DNA from: Eledone cirrhosa
Taxonomy: Eukaryota
DNA length: 64,000 nt
Assembly: GCA_964016885.1 (NCBI GenBank)
Contig: OZ024744.1
Coordinates: 84,878,001 to 84,942,000, forward strand
Reading direction: 5' to 3'
Shown: piece by piece, positions 26,412 through 40,253 of the stretch
Numbering within the stretch: the first letter of the stretch is position 1
Layout of the letters: each line of letters opens with the position of its first letter
Translations under genes and position numbers: made by a program
The notes under the pieces: generated by a model
The model's input: only the letters and a program-made list of their open reading frames with translations
Told to the model about the DNA's origin: nothing
Databases searched by the model: none

Positions 26412-27882
26412 TGTTCCTTGCTTTAGTTAGGTCTTTCCATGACGACATGAAGGCTTGGGTTAATGTCGGAGGTAACATGTCGGAGCCTATCTCAGTAAAA
26501 AATGGAGTGAAACAGGGGGATATTCCAGCACCGACCCTGTTTGCCATATACTTTGCAATGGTTTTCTGTATTGCATTCAGGAATTGCGAGCATGGTGTTT
26601 ACATCCGATATCGAACCTCAGGCAGCATATTTAACATCAGGCGCTTTGCTGCGAAGACAAAAGTATTTACATCAGTCATAAGAGACCTCTTGTATGCAGA
26701 TGATTGCGATCTTGTAGCGCACACAGAGAGTGATATGCAGCACATTTTGAATGTATTTTCTGACGCTTGCACTGCCCTGGGTTTGACTGTCAGTCTCAAG
26801 AAAACCGTCGTCATGTACCAACCTGCACCTGGTAGGCAGTACACTGAACCAAACATCTATGTGTATGGCAAACGACTTGGAGTGGTTGATCAGTTTGTCT
26901 ACCTGGGAAGCACTGTCAATCGATACGGCAACCTTGACGGTGAAATCTCACTTAGGATTAGGAAAGCAAGTGATGCTTTCGGAAAGCTAGAAAGGCGACT
27001 CTGGGGTCGGCGAGACATATGCAGGAGGACAAAGGTAAAGGTGTACAGGGCATGTGTACTCTCTTGTCTTCTTTATGCCTGCGAGACCTGGGTCACATAT
27101 CGACGCCACCTTAAGCAATTGGAGCGTTTCCATCAGATGTGTCTCAGACGGATACATGGCGTTCGCTGGAGGGACCACATCAGTGATGTCGAGATTTTGG
27201 AAAGCTCTATGTGTGACAGTATAGAAGCTCTTGTGCTTAAGCAGCGACTCCGTTGGAGTGGTCACCTTGCCAGGATGAAGGATTCTAGAATACCAAAACA
27301 ACTCTTCTATGGAGAGTTGGTTAAAGGAAAACGACCGCCACATAAACCAAAAAAGAGGTATAAGGATTCCTTGAAGGCCTCTCTGAAAGACGCTAACATC
27401 TCTGCTGATACATGGGAAAATATTGCTGCTGATCGTAATAAATGGAGAAAGACTGTATATGAGGGAAAAGTTGCCTTTGAGGCATCTCGAATCGCACACG
27501 AGAAAGTAAAGCGGGACGTGAGGAAGGGTATTGCTGTTGCACTTCCAGACGGCGAGGGTCCTCCTATGTTTCTGACATGCAGCGTCTGTGCGAGACTCTG
27601 CCTAAGCAAAGCTGGACTCGAAAGTCATCTTCGCAGTCATAAAGTAAAACCAGTGGTTGACTACCAGGCTGCTGTTGGAGATGCTACTCATCATGCTTGC
27701 CAAACATGTGGTAGAGAATGTAAATCAGCAGGAGGACTCAAGCGACATGCAAAAGTACACGAACTCCAACCACAGCCGACTATTCCCAGTAAATGTTTTG
27801 GTTGCCGACTCTGTGCAAGACATTTTGGATCATTGGCTGGGCTAAAAAGCCACATTCGATCGCAGCACTGTTAGTTGCTATC

Positions 27883-27920
<38 letters not shown>

Positions 27921-27999
27921 GCTTATGTGCGTGCGTGTGTGTGTATATATATATGAATATGTATATTATTATTGTTGTTGTCGTTATTATTATTATTGC

Positions 28000-28033
<34 letters not shown>

Positions 28034-28038
28034 GTTAT

Positions 28039-28072
<34 letters not shown>

Positions 28073-28112
28073 TGCAATGGCCATACTCGATAACGAGGGG
28101 GCAGCCATCATG
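26412..28112 (+). mobile_element. 5'-truncated RTE LINE with an open RT C-half and three C2H2 zinc fingers
   Basis: GVKQGD, LLYADD, FVYLGS and RLRWSGH. Fingers CSVC..HLRSH, CQTC..HAKVH and CRLC..HIRSQH. Tail tggccatactcgataacgagggggcagccatca(tgta)n. Confidence 0.92.
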
Positions 28113-28184
28113 TATGTATGTATGTATGTATGTATGTATGTATGTATGTATGTATATATGTATGTATATATGTATATATTTATG

Positions 28185-29098
28185 TCAGGTCACCAGTTGG
28201 TGCTACTGGTAACATGTATCCCAGTGCAACCTGTCTCATGGTCGGGTCGTTGGCGACTAAACTGGCAACCCCACCAAGGTTTCTTGGTGAGGAGGGTGAC
28301 TTTGGACATCCTGCAGGACTAAAAACAAAACCTGTCAAAGGGCAAAGGAGCTCTTAAGAGTCAATGGCCATCCAAAATCACAGGGAGAGATGACCCCTTA
28401 GCCTTTGTCAAGGCAGAATTCTAGGAGAAGGAAAACTCTGATATAACACCTGCAACCCTGATGGTATCCAATGATGTTGACTTGTTCTTCTTTTTGGTAA
28501 ATATCATCTTGGTTAAGAGAGTGGGACTGGCTTTGTGCAGTGCCTTTGCTCACTATAAAAGCTTCACGGCACAGGCATTGCTTTATATCTGGAGATCTCT
28601 CTGCACTTGTCGTCACATGGTACCATGGGCCCAGCACTATGTGTCAATAATTGTCACAAGTGTAGTGTTTGTACCAGAGTTTTCAAGTCGCTGGCTGGAC
28701 TAAAAAGTCACACTCGTTCAGCGCATCGGTAGGGGTTCTCCTACATGGATATAAAGTAGTGGCCGTGCTCGAAGACGAGTTGGCAGCCACCATGTTTTTG
28801 GTAAATATCATCTTGGTTAAGAGAGTGGGACTGGCTTTGTGCAGTGCCTTTGCTCACTATAAAAGCTTCACAGCACAGGCATTGCTTTATATCTGGAGAT
28901 CTCTCTGCACTTGTCGTCACATGGTACCATGGGCCCAGCACTATGTGCCAATAATTATCACAAGTGTAGTGTTTGTACCAGAGTTTTCAAGTCGCTGGCT
29001 GGACTAAAAAGTCACACTCGTTCAGCGCATCGGTAGGGGTTCTCCTACATGGATATAAAGTAGTGGCCGTACTCGAAAACGAGTTGGCAGCCACCATG
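28185..29098 (+). mobile_element. Longer bipartite RTE derivative with a tandem duplication of its 3' ~304 bp
   Basis: Matches 21746-22190. ~28490-28793 is repeated at ~28794-29098. Confidence 0.85.
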
Positions 29099-29144
29099 TA
29101 TGTATGTATGTGTGCATGCATGTATCTATCTATCTATCTCTCTC

Positions 29145-29197
<53 letters not shown>

Positions 29198-29200
<3 letters not shown>

Positions 29201-29412
29201 TGGTTACACAACAGCTAGTTCACCATACAGAGAACAATTGTTTCACCTTAGCGGATCCTCAGCTCGTAATGGACCATTACGAGCTGAGGATCCGCTAAGG
29301 TGAAACAATTGTTCTTGGTATGGTCAACTAACTGTTGTGTAACCACTTCTACCTAACTCGTCCCATGGACTGACTACTCTACCACAACGGATATTACCTT
29401 CCAGTGTTCTAC

Positions 29413-29416
<4 letters not shown>
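29198..29416. mobile_element. PLE-end hairpin with a complete hammerhead in both arms
   Basis: Arms of ~75 bp meet at taatggaccatta. CGAG-CTGAGGA(29284)-T CC GCTAA GG T-GAAA-CAATTG-TT^CTTG. Tail runs to 29416. Confidence 0.8.
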
Positions 29417-29467
<51 letters not shown>

Positions 29468-31777
29468 CTATTCTATGTGCAATACTAAGCTTTTTGTACC
29501 AATTAAACTTCCAATCGCCCTTATAACCAACGTAATTTGAGCCTGAGTAAAGTAGGTGTGATTTCATTCAGTTACATACAATATTAGCTTTGCTGCATAC
29601 TTGTACTTAATTAATATTGAATGGCCTTTTCTAAAAATATCCTACAATAATTAATCTACAACTGATTCCCTATTAGGTAATCACTCACGCATTTCCGTTA
29701 TGCATGCAGGCATACAGGACAGCTTCTGAATGTAATTTTTTTTTTTCGGATGTGGTTCATAGTTTTGAGCTCTTCTTTAAATATTTGGCGCCAGCTAATA
29801 TTTTTATGTTTTGCTCTCACCGTCTTCCTCTTCCGTTGTTCGGTAAAGAGCAGTCCTGGTGATGCTGTATTGAACTTGTCAGATAGATGATGTACTTAAT
29901 CCATTTCCATTACCTACTCATGATAATGATGATTTCCAAGCTTTCTTGTCCGTACTGAGTGTTTAGTTATTGATAGTTAATAGGAGGTTAAGTTAAGCCA
30001 GAAGAACCTCAGACAACATTCTTTTGAAGTTATTCCGTAGAAATTTTGAGAGCTTAACGAAGTCACTCTGTCATCTTCCACAGACCTCTCCCCGATACCT
30101 GGCGGTGTATTTAGATCGGGGTTGCCATTTGTTCGATGAACAAATTTACTTCTCATAATACTGAACACTTTTAACAAAGAAAAATAAATAAACATTGATT
30201 ATTATCGAATACAGTCACTAACAGATGTTTTACTACCAGACAGCTAACTAAAATAATAGACTTTGAAGATGTAATGAAATAACTGTGTGGCAGACACACT
30301 GACTTGTTTTAGGTAAGTCTGGGTCATTCCACATCCCTGCCACACACATACTATGTATGCACGTATATACACGAATACACACACTCACAGTCCCCTGGAC
30401 CTCGATGTATGACAATACTGTCTGACGGATAGATCTCCCACCCACTTTGGGGTGGATGAGAGATGTCTTATTCTTGTGAAAATGGGTATAGCTTTCATTA
30501 TGTAAAATCTCCCTCTTTTGCCTCATTTCTCTCCGTTTGGGTTTTTAGAGGTTGGCAGCTTTGCTTCCAGCATGTTGCATCGTAGAGCACTAAAAATAAG
30601 ACACATCACTGACATTGTGGCAACTTGGTGTTGGTGCAGTACTGAATGAACTCCAATAGATTATACAGCATAATAAAGAAATTATTATACAGCATTTTGA
30701 ATAAAAGTACTTCTTTGTTGGCAGAGGCGACGGTTCTTGGTGTTATTACCCGCTAGTCTATCTGTTGTAGGAGGTAGAATTGCTCCATCTACTGCAACTG
30801 GTGAGGGGTGGCGTGTGGAATGCTTATTGTCATCATTTCTGTTTATTTCTGGCACGTTTTCAGGTTCAGTTACTGAGCAATGTTGCTGTGCAAACTTGCT
30901 AAACCGGAATATTTTCTGCTGTATGTGTTAGTGGGTATGAAAGAGAAGAATGTCTCTTGGTTGGATTTTCACTCTTATATGTTGCATCACCCAATCTTGC
31001 GAATCATAGTCTTACTCGGATCTTCACTTGAAAATGGTGATTGCTATTTTTCATTTCACGTGTGATTCTGAACTGTCTCCACTCCGTTTCAACATCCTCA
31101 TTTTGTTCATGGATTTCTCTGAATTTGGATACAATAGTATCGGCATACCTGGTCATGATAGCCTTATCAGCCAGCGCTTTCCAGCGCTTTATTCTTCAGG
31201 TCGAGCTTGACAGATGTTTCGGGCAAAACCAACTGACAGGAGACCCAGAGGTAGACCACGAGCAAGATCATGATTTTTTAGCTGGCCTTCTATGTGTTTG
31301 TATTTCATAGGAAGTTTCTCATGTGTTTTAATGATAGAGTTCAAGTTTATTTTTAGGGTTTGCAGATAAAAACAAGAAATAAACTTGAACTCTTATACAA
31401 TGGCACCCCACTTCACAAACATGCTACAACCCCCCCCCCCCCCCCCCCACAAAAAAATTCACAACTTTCCTAAAATCATTACCATATCAAAACCAATTAT
31501 TCATGATTAAACATCCTTTCTTTTGTTTATGTATTTTATAAATTGATATACCAGTAATATTTGATAAAAATTAAACCCATTTAATGCAACAATTATAAAG
31601 AATATATCTTCTCTCTGATTAAGAAGAAATGTTTTTAAATATATCCCTGTGCCTTTCCACTTTTACTTTTTACCTATAATCGTCTATTTGTATCGGACTT
31701 TAGCCCCCTTTTTTAACTATATATATGCATACACACACACACACACACATTTATATATATATATATATATATATTAT

Positions 31778-31809
<32 letters not shown>

Positions 31810-31812
31810 TAT

Positions 31813-31864
<52 letters not shown>

Positions 31865-32124
31865 AAATTTAAATGGAAAACTCTATTTATGAGACAGCCC
31901 CCCCCCCCCAAAAAAAAAAGAAAAAACATTTTAGTCAATCTCAGTTATTTATCGATCTCCCTATCATGGTTTCATTTGTGGAAGAAGTAATTATTGAAAA
32001 AAACCAACATTTGAAGAACCCGTAAATTGAGATGTTTAAGTATTAGAGACTAATTAATATTTCATTATACATATATATATACGTATACATATATCCACAC
32101 ACACATATATATATATATATATAC

Positions 32125-32816
32125 GGATTAACAAATAATAGTTAAATGCAGTCCACTTAGGTGAAGTCCAGTTATGGTATTCCAGGTAGTGGATGATATT
32201 AACGCTTGGCTTGGTTTGACTCAACAAGGCGTTTTCATAGTGATGCTGCGGGTATGCTGTAATTCCTATGTTGTAAACACTTGGAGTAATAATAAATCAG
32301 GAAAGAAGGTTTACATGGTTTGCTATACAAAAAAGTTTTTAATCACATAGCTTACATTTGTTTCACTGAACTGGTATGTCTAGAGATCGCTATCCGCCTA
32401 ATTTTGCGTCACTCGATCGCCAATACAGAATTATAACCAGTCAGATCTTCGGAGCATGCGAGAATGAAGAAAATACACAGGCAAGAAAAGAAAAGAAAAT
32501 ATGGAGTAGTTATGGCATTCAATTAGAACAATAACAACAACAATTATTACAACAATGCTATCAATAAACTATTTAAGGAGACCCTGACATTACTTAGGTG
32601 GAGGGTATATAATGTATCTAATGTTACGGCGTGAAAATCAGCTGTCATAAGGCAAAAGTATCGTAGTGTGTATCAATTTTAAATTATAAAGATAAGCTAG
32701 TTTTTACAGTCTTTCTCTTCATCTTCAACAGTATACATTAGTGGGACCACTGTCAAAGCTCTATAGTTGTAGAGTTAATACAGAGGTTAACGAATTAATA
32801 TACGCATATATCTACG

Positions 32817-32850
<34 letters not shown>

Positions 32851-34019
32851 AATATATATACACACATATGTGTACATAGACACATACATACACATCAATA
32901 TACACTCGTACAAAAATATACATACATGCAAAGAGAAAAGCGTGCTAATTGTAATTATGGCAAAAAGAAGGTAAAGTAACATTGTAGTAGTGAAATGAGA
33001 AAAACTAGGATCTAGGATCAAATGATTGCAGCAGCTGAGAAGGAGTAAGATTGTTGGTAGATGAGGTATTTACAGACAATTGTGTGGTATAGACTTGTGA
33101 AGGAAATAGTATACTTAATGAATATATTTCTGTGGGTAGTAGGTATCCTAATTTAAAGCTATGTTATGTTGGTTCGATTCACGGAGGTTTGAATCTTATG
33201 AATTTAGTGGCTATTCTATGTCTGCAGAAGATAGATCTTTCTAACTTATTATTAAGTAGCCTTTTAACATTTCTAAGGATATACAATAGCTCAAGATCAC
33301 ACAGCCCGCAATAGGACATCCCTGTACTATAGGTTTTAGCAGCCGACAACTTCGACCAGTTGATACTGTAGTTAGTGTTGCTGTCCTTCAATTCCCATAT
33401 TTTTCTGGCGAGGGTGGTGGAACCCATAAGTGCTCGGTTTTTCATTGAGTGCCTGTGCACATACCATCTTTTCTTAAAAGAACCCGCGGTGGATCCTATG
33501 TAATTCCAGGTGGAGTTACCCGAGATGACAGTGCACATGTACACCAGGCTCGAATCGAGACATCTGTTCGCCAATGGGCACCTATCTAGGAGGTGACAGT
33601 TACAGTTTGAGGCGCTATTTTGTGCAGCTTTTACATTCCTATTTAGTACCCTGTTATAAGTGGGTTGTGATATATGCCCAATGGGGTTTTGCTGCTGCGC
33701 GTTTGTATGCGCTTGTGGTTGTGATGTTGTGATGAGTTTGTGCTTATGTATAGGTGCAATTGATTTACTTGAGATATTTCTGTGGTTGATCTTGCGTATG
33801 TGTGATTCTATGTTAGCTGCCGTTGAGAAAGAGAGTTTTATAGTAGATCTATTCTCGCATGCTCCGAAGATCTGACTGGTTATAATTCTGTATTGGCGAT
33901 CGAGTGACGCAAAATTAGGCGGATAGCGATCTCTAGACATACCAGTTCAGTGAAACAAATGTAAGCTATGTGATTAAAAACTTTTTTGTATAGCAAACCA
34001 TGTAAACCTTCTTTCCTGA

Positions 34020-34027
<8 letters not shown>
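32125..34027 (-). mobile_element. 5'-truncated Naiad-like PLE with inverted pLTR
   Basis: GIY-YIG at 33179-33850: CNCHLLDRCPLANRC..LVY..YIGST..FKKRW..IWELK..CGLC. 32290-32466 is the reverse complement of 33851-34027. Confidence 0.9.
33855..33973 (+). ncRNA. Hammerhead variant with CCGAAGA core and long domain II
   Basis: TCGCATGCT-CCGAAGA-T CTGA CTGGT...ACCAG T TCAG T-GAAA-CAAATG-TA^AGCtATGTGA. Mirror copy at ~32343-32462. Confidence 0.65.
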
Positions 34028-34113
<86 letters not shown>

Positions 34114-34894
34114 CATATATATACATATATATATACATACATATATATATAAATATATATATATACATATATATATACATACATATATATACATACACAT
34201 ATATATATATATACACACATATTTCTCTATATATATATACATGAGTCCTATTTAGTTATATCACACACACACGCACCTTTCACACCGACACTATATACAT
34301 CTCTTCCGCAGCTCATTTGTCCTATCTTTATTTTTTTCCTTCTTATATTTCTTCCCTTTTCCTGTGAAATTCTTAACATGTTGTGCTACCTAACAAATTT
34401 CCTAATCTGTTTCATAGGTTTTTAATAGATATCAGAGTTTTTTCTATAACTATTTTTATTTCCTGCAAATCCCCAGCCCCTTATTATACCCAATGAAAAC
34501 ACGTGTCTACTTCAGGAATTCTTCACAGACATTTGGCGGCCTCATTTTATATTTAGTTTTAAGATAAATTTTTCATTTTTCTTTTCTTTTCTTTCTTTTA
34601 TATTCTATTTTATTTTATTTTATTTTACTTTATTTTTTTCCTTTTTTTTTCTTTCAAAATTTGTGTTTGTATATGTAAGTTTTTTTCAAATTTTTTTTTA
34701 TTTTTTATTTTTTTTTTATTTTTATTTTTTTTTATTTTATTTATTTATTTTTTTTTTTTTTTTTTTGCTCGAACATAACATATGTACGTAATATCTTTAC
34801 GTATGTTTGTGCAAGTAAGTTTAGTATTTTGTATGTGTGTGCATGTATGTGTTTGTGTATGTGTATATGTATATGTATATATATATATATATAA

Positions 34895-34955
<61 letters not shown>

Positions 34956-35038
34956 ATACACATTCATATATGTATATATGTAAGTATATATATGTATATA
35001 TATATTTGTGTGTGTATATATATATATATACATACATA

Positions 35039-35069
<31 letters not shown>

Positions 35070-35095
35070 GTATGTATATACGTACGTATATATAA

Positions 35096-35131
<36 letters not shown>

Positions 35132-35150
35132 ATGTATATATATATATATG

Positions 35151-35238
<88 letters not shown>

Positions 35239-35600
35239 GTGTATGTGTTTGTGCGTGCATGCGTGCGCGTCTGTATCTGTGTGTATGATTATTTATGTGT
35301 ATATGATTACTGAATCTTTTGGACAGAATCCAAATTAAACGTGCCTGCATTACCAACAATTATTTTTGTTCTTATCAAATCTGACTGCAGTAACTGTATT
35401 GTAATATTGTCTTCTCTTTTCTTTTTGTGTCTGTATAAGATAGGAACTACTCTTCAGGTAGTTTGTTATCTAAATCTAAATACTCAACGCAAAACCTAAA
35501 TTAAGCCCACAGCTAATAAAAAAATTTAAAAAATTGTTAATTTAGGATTTAGAAATAAATATACGTTAAAAATATAAAAAATGCCCAATACATCTGTGTG

Positions 35601-35847
35601 TTACAGCTCACACTGATGCAGGTTTAGCTGGCCTCCTCCGAGGTATATCTCGTTGGAGGTGTTTTGGGTAATTTAATGATAGGAACCCCAGTCCCTATCA
35701 TCTCATTTCTACAACTGAGTAAACTGGAGCAACGTGAAATAAAGTGTCTTGCTCAAGGAAACAACACATCACCCGGTTCGAGAATTAAACTCACAACCTT
35801 TCGATTGCAAGCCCAATGCTCTAACCACTAAGCCATGCGCCTTCACA
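35601..35847 (-). mobile_element. CORE-type tRNA SINE
   Basis: Minus-strand head gaaggcgcatggcttagtggttagagcattgggc, then ccttgagcaagacactttatttcacgttgctccag. Confidence 0.85.
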
Positions 35848-36109
35848 TTTAGGATTTAGAAATAAATATACGTTAAAAATATAGAAAATTCCCACTACAT
35901 GTGTGTGTGTGTGTGACATGGTGAAGTCTGTACTGTATAATTTATTTTTAAGGTTTGTACAAAGTTTTAAACTAAGGGAGAGAATTGTAGTGAATTAAAA
36001 TGTCTGCAGTACTCAGCTAATACATATGATATATATTATAGATCCCGGGGTGGGTAAAAAATAAAGTTGGCCTCGGCGAGTTTTGAATACAGAACAGAGA
36101 GGCGAAAAG

Positions 36110-36585
36110 GTAAAGACCTCTTTTAGATGACGAATGGCCATATGGTTTGTCACTTAGAAAGTTCCATTCTGAGGCACAAGATCGGGCAAGGTGTTTTTGT
36201 AGAAGATCAGCAGTCATCCATGGATATCGGTCTCACTTCTCTATGCCACCGATGTTGTCCAAGAGAAAGGCAATGGTCCATACAGCTTGGTCCCAGTGGC
36301 ATTGCAACGAATATAAACATTATATATACACTTTTTACACATTATTTATATATTATATATTATATATAGACCATATATGATGTTGTCCAACGGACAGGCA
36401 AAGACCAATACAGCTTTGCACCAGTGACATCGCAATTCATTTTTACAGCTGAGTTAACTGGCGTAGCGTGAAATAAAGTGTCCTACTCAAGAACACAACA
36501 CAACACAACACCCGGTCAGAGAATCGAACTCACAATCTCATGATTAGGAACGCAATGCTCTGACCACTAAACGACGGTATTTCAC
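36110..36585 (-). mobile_element. CORE-type SINE with duplicated 3' part, nested in a Nin-type SINE
   Basis: Head at ~36520-36585, core at 36445-36495, repeated tail atacagctt..ccagtg.cat.gcaa. Nin-type pieces lie on both sides. Confidence 0.65.
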
Positions 36586-36682
36586 TAGAACAGAAAGATA
36601 AGCAGCTAAAATAACAAAACAAAACAAAAGACGCGGCATTTTATACGGTGCTACGGATTCTGTAACCCCAGTCAAATCCTAA

Positions 36683-36902
36683 CACTTCAGCATTTAAACT
36701 GGCGGGCCGTATCCGGCTAGAATTCTTTTACCTCTTTTTGTTCAAACCGGCTGTAAACGGCCGCTCATACTGATGTTAAGGTATTGTTCTTAAATTAAAT
36801 AATATCAAAATCTCATAGATTCGATATTACATGAGATAATTATGTGAGGTAAAGCTTTTGCCATGAAAATAGTAAATATAGAGTAATGTAAATGGTAAAG
36901 GG
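36683..36902. mobile_element. Possible decayed piggyBac-like MITE
   Basis: Degenerate ends taa|cacttcagcattt ... aaatggtaaaggg|tttaa. Confidence 0.35.
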
Positions 36903-37084
36903 TTTAATAGAATAATATTTATTTGTAATATAATCAAAAGGCTTCGATCGTTGACATATAGAAGGTGCGTATAAGACGAAGGTAACATCGGTTAAGTGAT
37001 GAAGAATTAACTGTTGCAAACACTAACGAGATTGCAATCCCTAACAAAATATGACTATTTCAGTTTACAGAAGGAAGGACTCCA

Positions 37085-37840
37085 TTGGGTTTAGTTGGTA
37101 AATGTAGAGATAAAACGAGAGATTTCCAGCTACGGGAGTTTAGTTGATAATGACAGAGATAGACAAGATTGGAAACGAACGATTTACAGCCTGTGGGGTT
37201 TACTTGATAAATGTGAAGACAGGCTATGTTGGATACGAGAGATATCCAGTCTCTGGAGTTTAGTTGATAAATACAGAGACAGACTTTTTTTGGAAACGAA
37301 ACATTTCTAGCCTCTAAAGATGGTTGGTAACTTCTGCAACAGACCAATTTGGAAACGAGAGATCTCCAAGCTCTGGAGTTTCGTTGATATGTAGAGAGAC
37401 GGAGCATATCGGAAACAAAGACAGATCCAGCCTATGGAGTTAGGTCGATATATACAACGACAGACTATAGTGGAAACTAGAGATCTCCAACTACAAGAGT
37501 TAGGTTGATAAGTACAGAGGCAGATGATATTGGAAACGAGAGAGCTCCAGCCTCTGGAGTTTGGTTGATAAATAGAGAGACAGACTATATTGGAAACAAG
37601 AGATCTCCAACCTGTGGAGTTTGGTTGATATCTACAGTCAGACTATGTTGGAAATGACAGGAGTTTGGTTGATACAGGAGTTTGGTTAATACAGGAGTTT
37701 GGTTGATATGTGCAGACAGATTATACTGGATTTGGTTGATATGTGCAGTCAGATTATACTGGAATCAAGAGATCTCCAACCTCTGGAGATTGGTTGATAT
37801 GTACAGCGACAGACTATGTTAGAAAGTAGAGATTTCCAAA
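37085..37840. repeat. Degenerate ~60-bp tandem repeat, about 12 copies
   Basis: Approximate consensus gagatctccaacctctggagtttggttgatatgtacagagacagactatattggaaacaa. Confidence 0.9.
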
Positions 37841-37866
37841 ACACGTCAGAAGAAAAGGAACTTAGA

Positions 37867-37921
<55 letters not shown>

Positions 37922-38179
37922 ATTAAATTAAATTGGAAGTTTGCGTCGTATTTTTAATTTTTTTATTTTTACTACAGAAAATAGTCTAAAAACAACAGGG
38001 CGTATTGGATCCCTAAACGAAAAAAAAAAATGGTCATCGGCATACTTGGGGGTTTGAATTACCTTTTTGTCGGACATGTGTGCTACAATTTACATTAACA
38101 AATAAAATAATTTTGCGGTCTTGTCCGCAGGGTGCAGCATCAAGACCGCCGAGCCCTAGTCTTAGCATAAAACTATACA

Positions 38180-38453
38180 TATATCAGATAAGTAGCACTC
38201 AACAGTTGGTAGAACTGGAGTATATATTAAAGAAGAAATTAAAAGATGGTTAAAAAAGTTCCATATATTTTATTATGCGCATTTCGAAAACAACATCATC
38301 CTGGGACAAAAATTGTGTTCTCATCAGATAAATGTCATATGTAAACTTAACACTTTCTTGTTGACAAGTGTTTTTAGGCCTCATATCATGTTACCTTATT
38401 TTATCTGATGAGAACACAATTTTTGGAACTTTTTTAACCATCTTTTAATTTCT

Positions 38454-38460
<7 letters not shown>
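38180..38460 (-). mobile_element. PLE-end hairpin with hammerhead (38265-38333, minus)
   Basis: TTTAT-CTGATGA-GAAcACAA..TTGTtTTC-GAAA-TGCGCA-TA^ATAAA. The right arm (38335-38458) is internally deleted. Confidence 0.8.
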
Positions 38461-38497
<37 letters not shown>

Positions 38498-38579
38498 AAA
38501 GAGTTAAAGCATATATAAATATAAATATTCTTATTACTATATCTATATATATATATATACATATAAATATATATATATA

Positions 38580-38790
38580 TCAGTAGTTATCGATGATGCT
38601 GATATTTTCTTCTCTTCGGGTTATAGCTACTGTCGCTCAGAGAGTGGGATTGGCTCAGTGCACAATATTTCCTCACTTAAAAAAAAATCTTCACGCACAG
38701 GCATTGCACGATAGAATTAATTAATAATTATTAATAATGGTATATCGTGCAATGGCCATACTCGATAACGAGGGGGCAGCCATCATGTAC
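38580..38790 (+). mobile_element. Short RTE-dependent non-autonomous element
   Basis: agagtgggattggctcagtgca..cttcacgcacaggcattgc resembles 21913-21977. The 3' tail is identical to the RTE tail at 28072-28112. Confidence 0.75.
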
Positions 38791-38883
38791 GTATGTATGT
38801 TGTAAAAGGTAAACAGAAATAACAACACAATCGGTACAGTATATGGAAGGGATATATTAGGTTAACGCTTGATATAGCAGGAA

Positions 38884-38923
38884 GAGTGTCTTAACGTTTC
38901 GGACGCTAGTCCTTCATCAGAAG
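38884..38923 (-). ncRNA. Minimal hammerhead ribozyme
   Basis: TCTT-CTGATGA-A-GGAC TAGC GTCC-GAAA-CG-TT^AAGA. Decayed homolog at ~51970-52000. Confidence 0.8.
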
Positions 38924-39050
38924 AAAGAATGAGCAATACGATAAATTGAGGGGACGGGCAGGTTGAAAATAGAAAAATTGTCTTTAGATAAAAAAAATAA
39001 CAGGTCCATTGACGTTGCCATCTCTTTATATATATACACACACATATATA

Positions 39051-39104
<54 letters not shown>

Positions 39105-39192
39105 TATAAAGATGACATCCTTTTTAATGGAAGAGGTATCTCTTACACAAAACAAATAGTTACAACAATAAATAAATAAATAAACCAACAAA

Positions 39193-39227
<35 letters not shown>

Positions 39228-39423
39228 AAACAAGCAACTAAATAAATAAACAAAAAAAATCCTCATCCTCCAAAACTAAAAAAATAGGAAAAGATTTAGA
39301 ATAAAACAAAATAAAAACAAAAACCGTAAAGATCAGCGCAGATAGATATAAAGGTGAGATATTTTGAAGTTGAATAGCTGGGTTGTATATGGAAGTTCTC
39401 AGCTTCTCAAAGGGCCTATATAT

Positions 39424-40253
<830 letters not shown>

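Noticed and set aside
26363-27874. Host C2H2 zinc-finger gene
   Set aside because: The fingers are fused to an RTE RT, and the apparent N-terminus is TATG repeat.
33851-33940. N-terminus MSRDRYPP.. of the 253-aa ORF
   Set aside because: It is read from the inverted pLTR. The real PLE coding starts near 33850.
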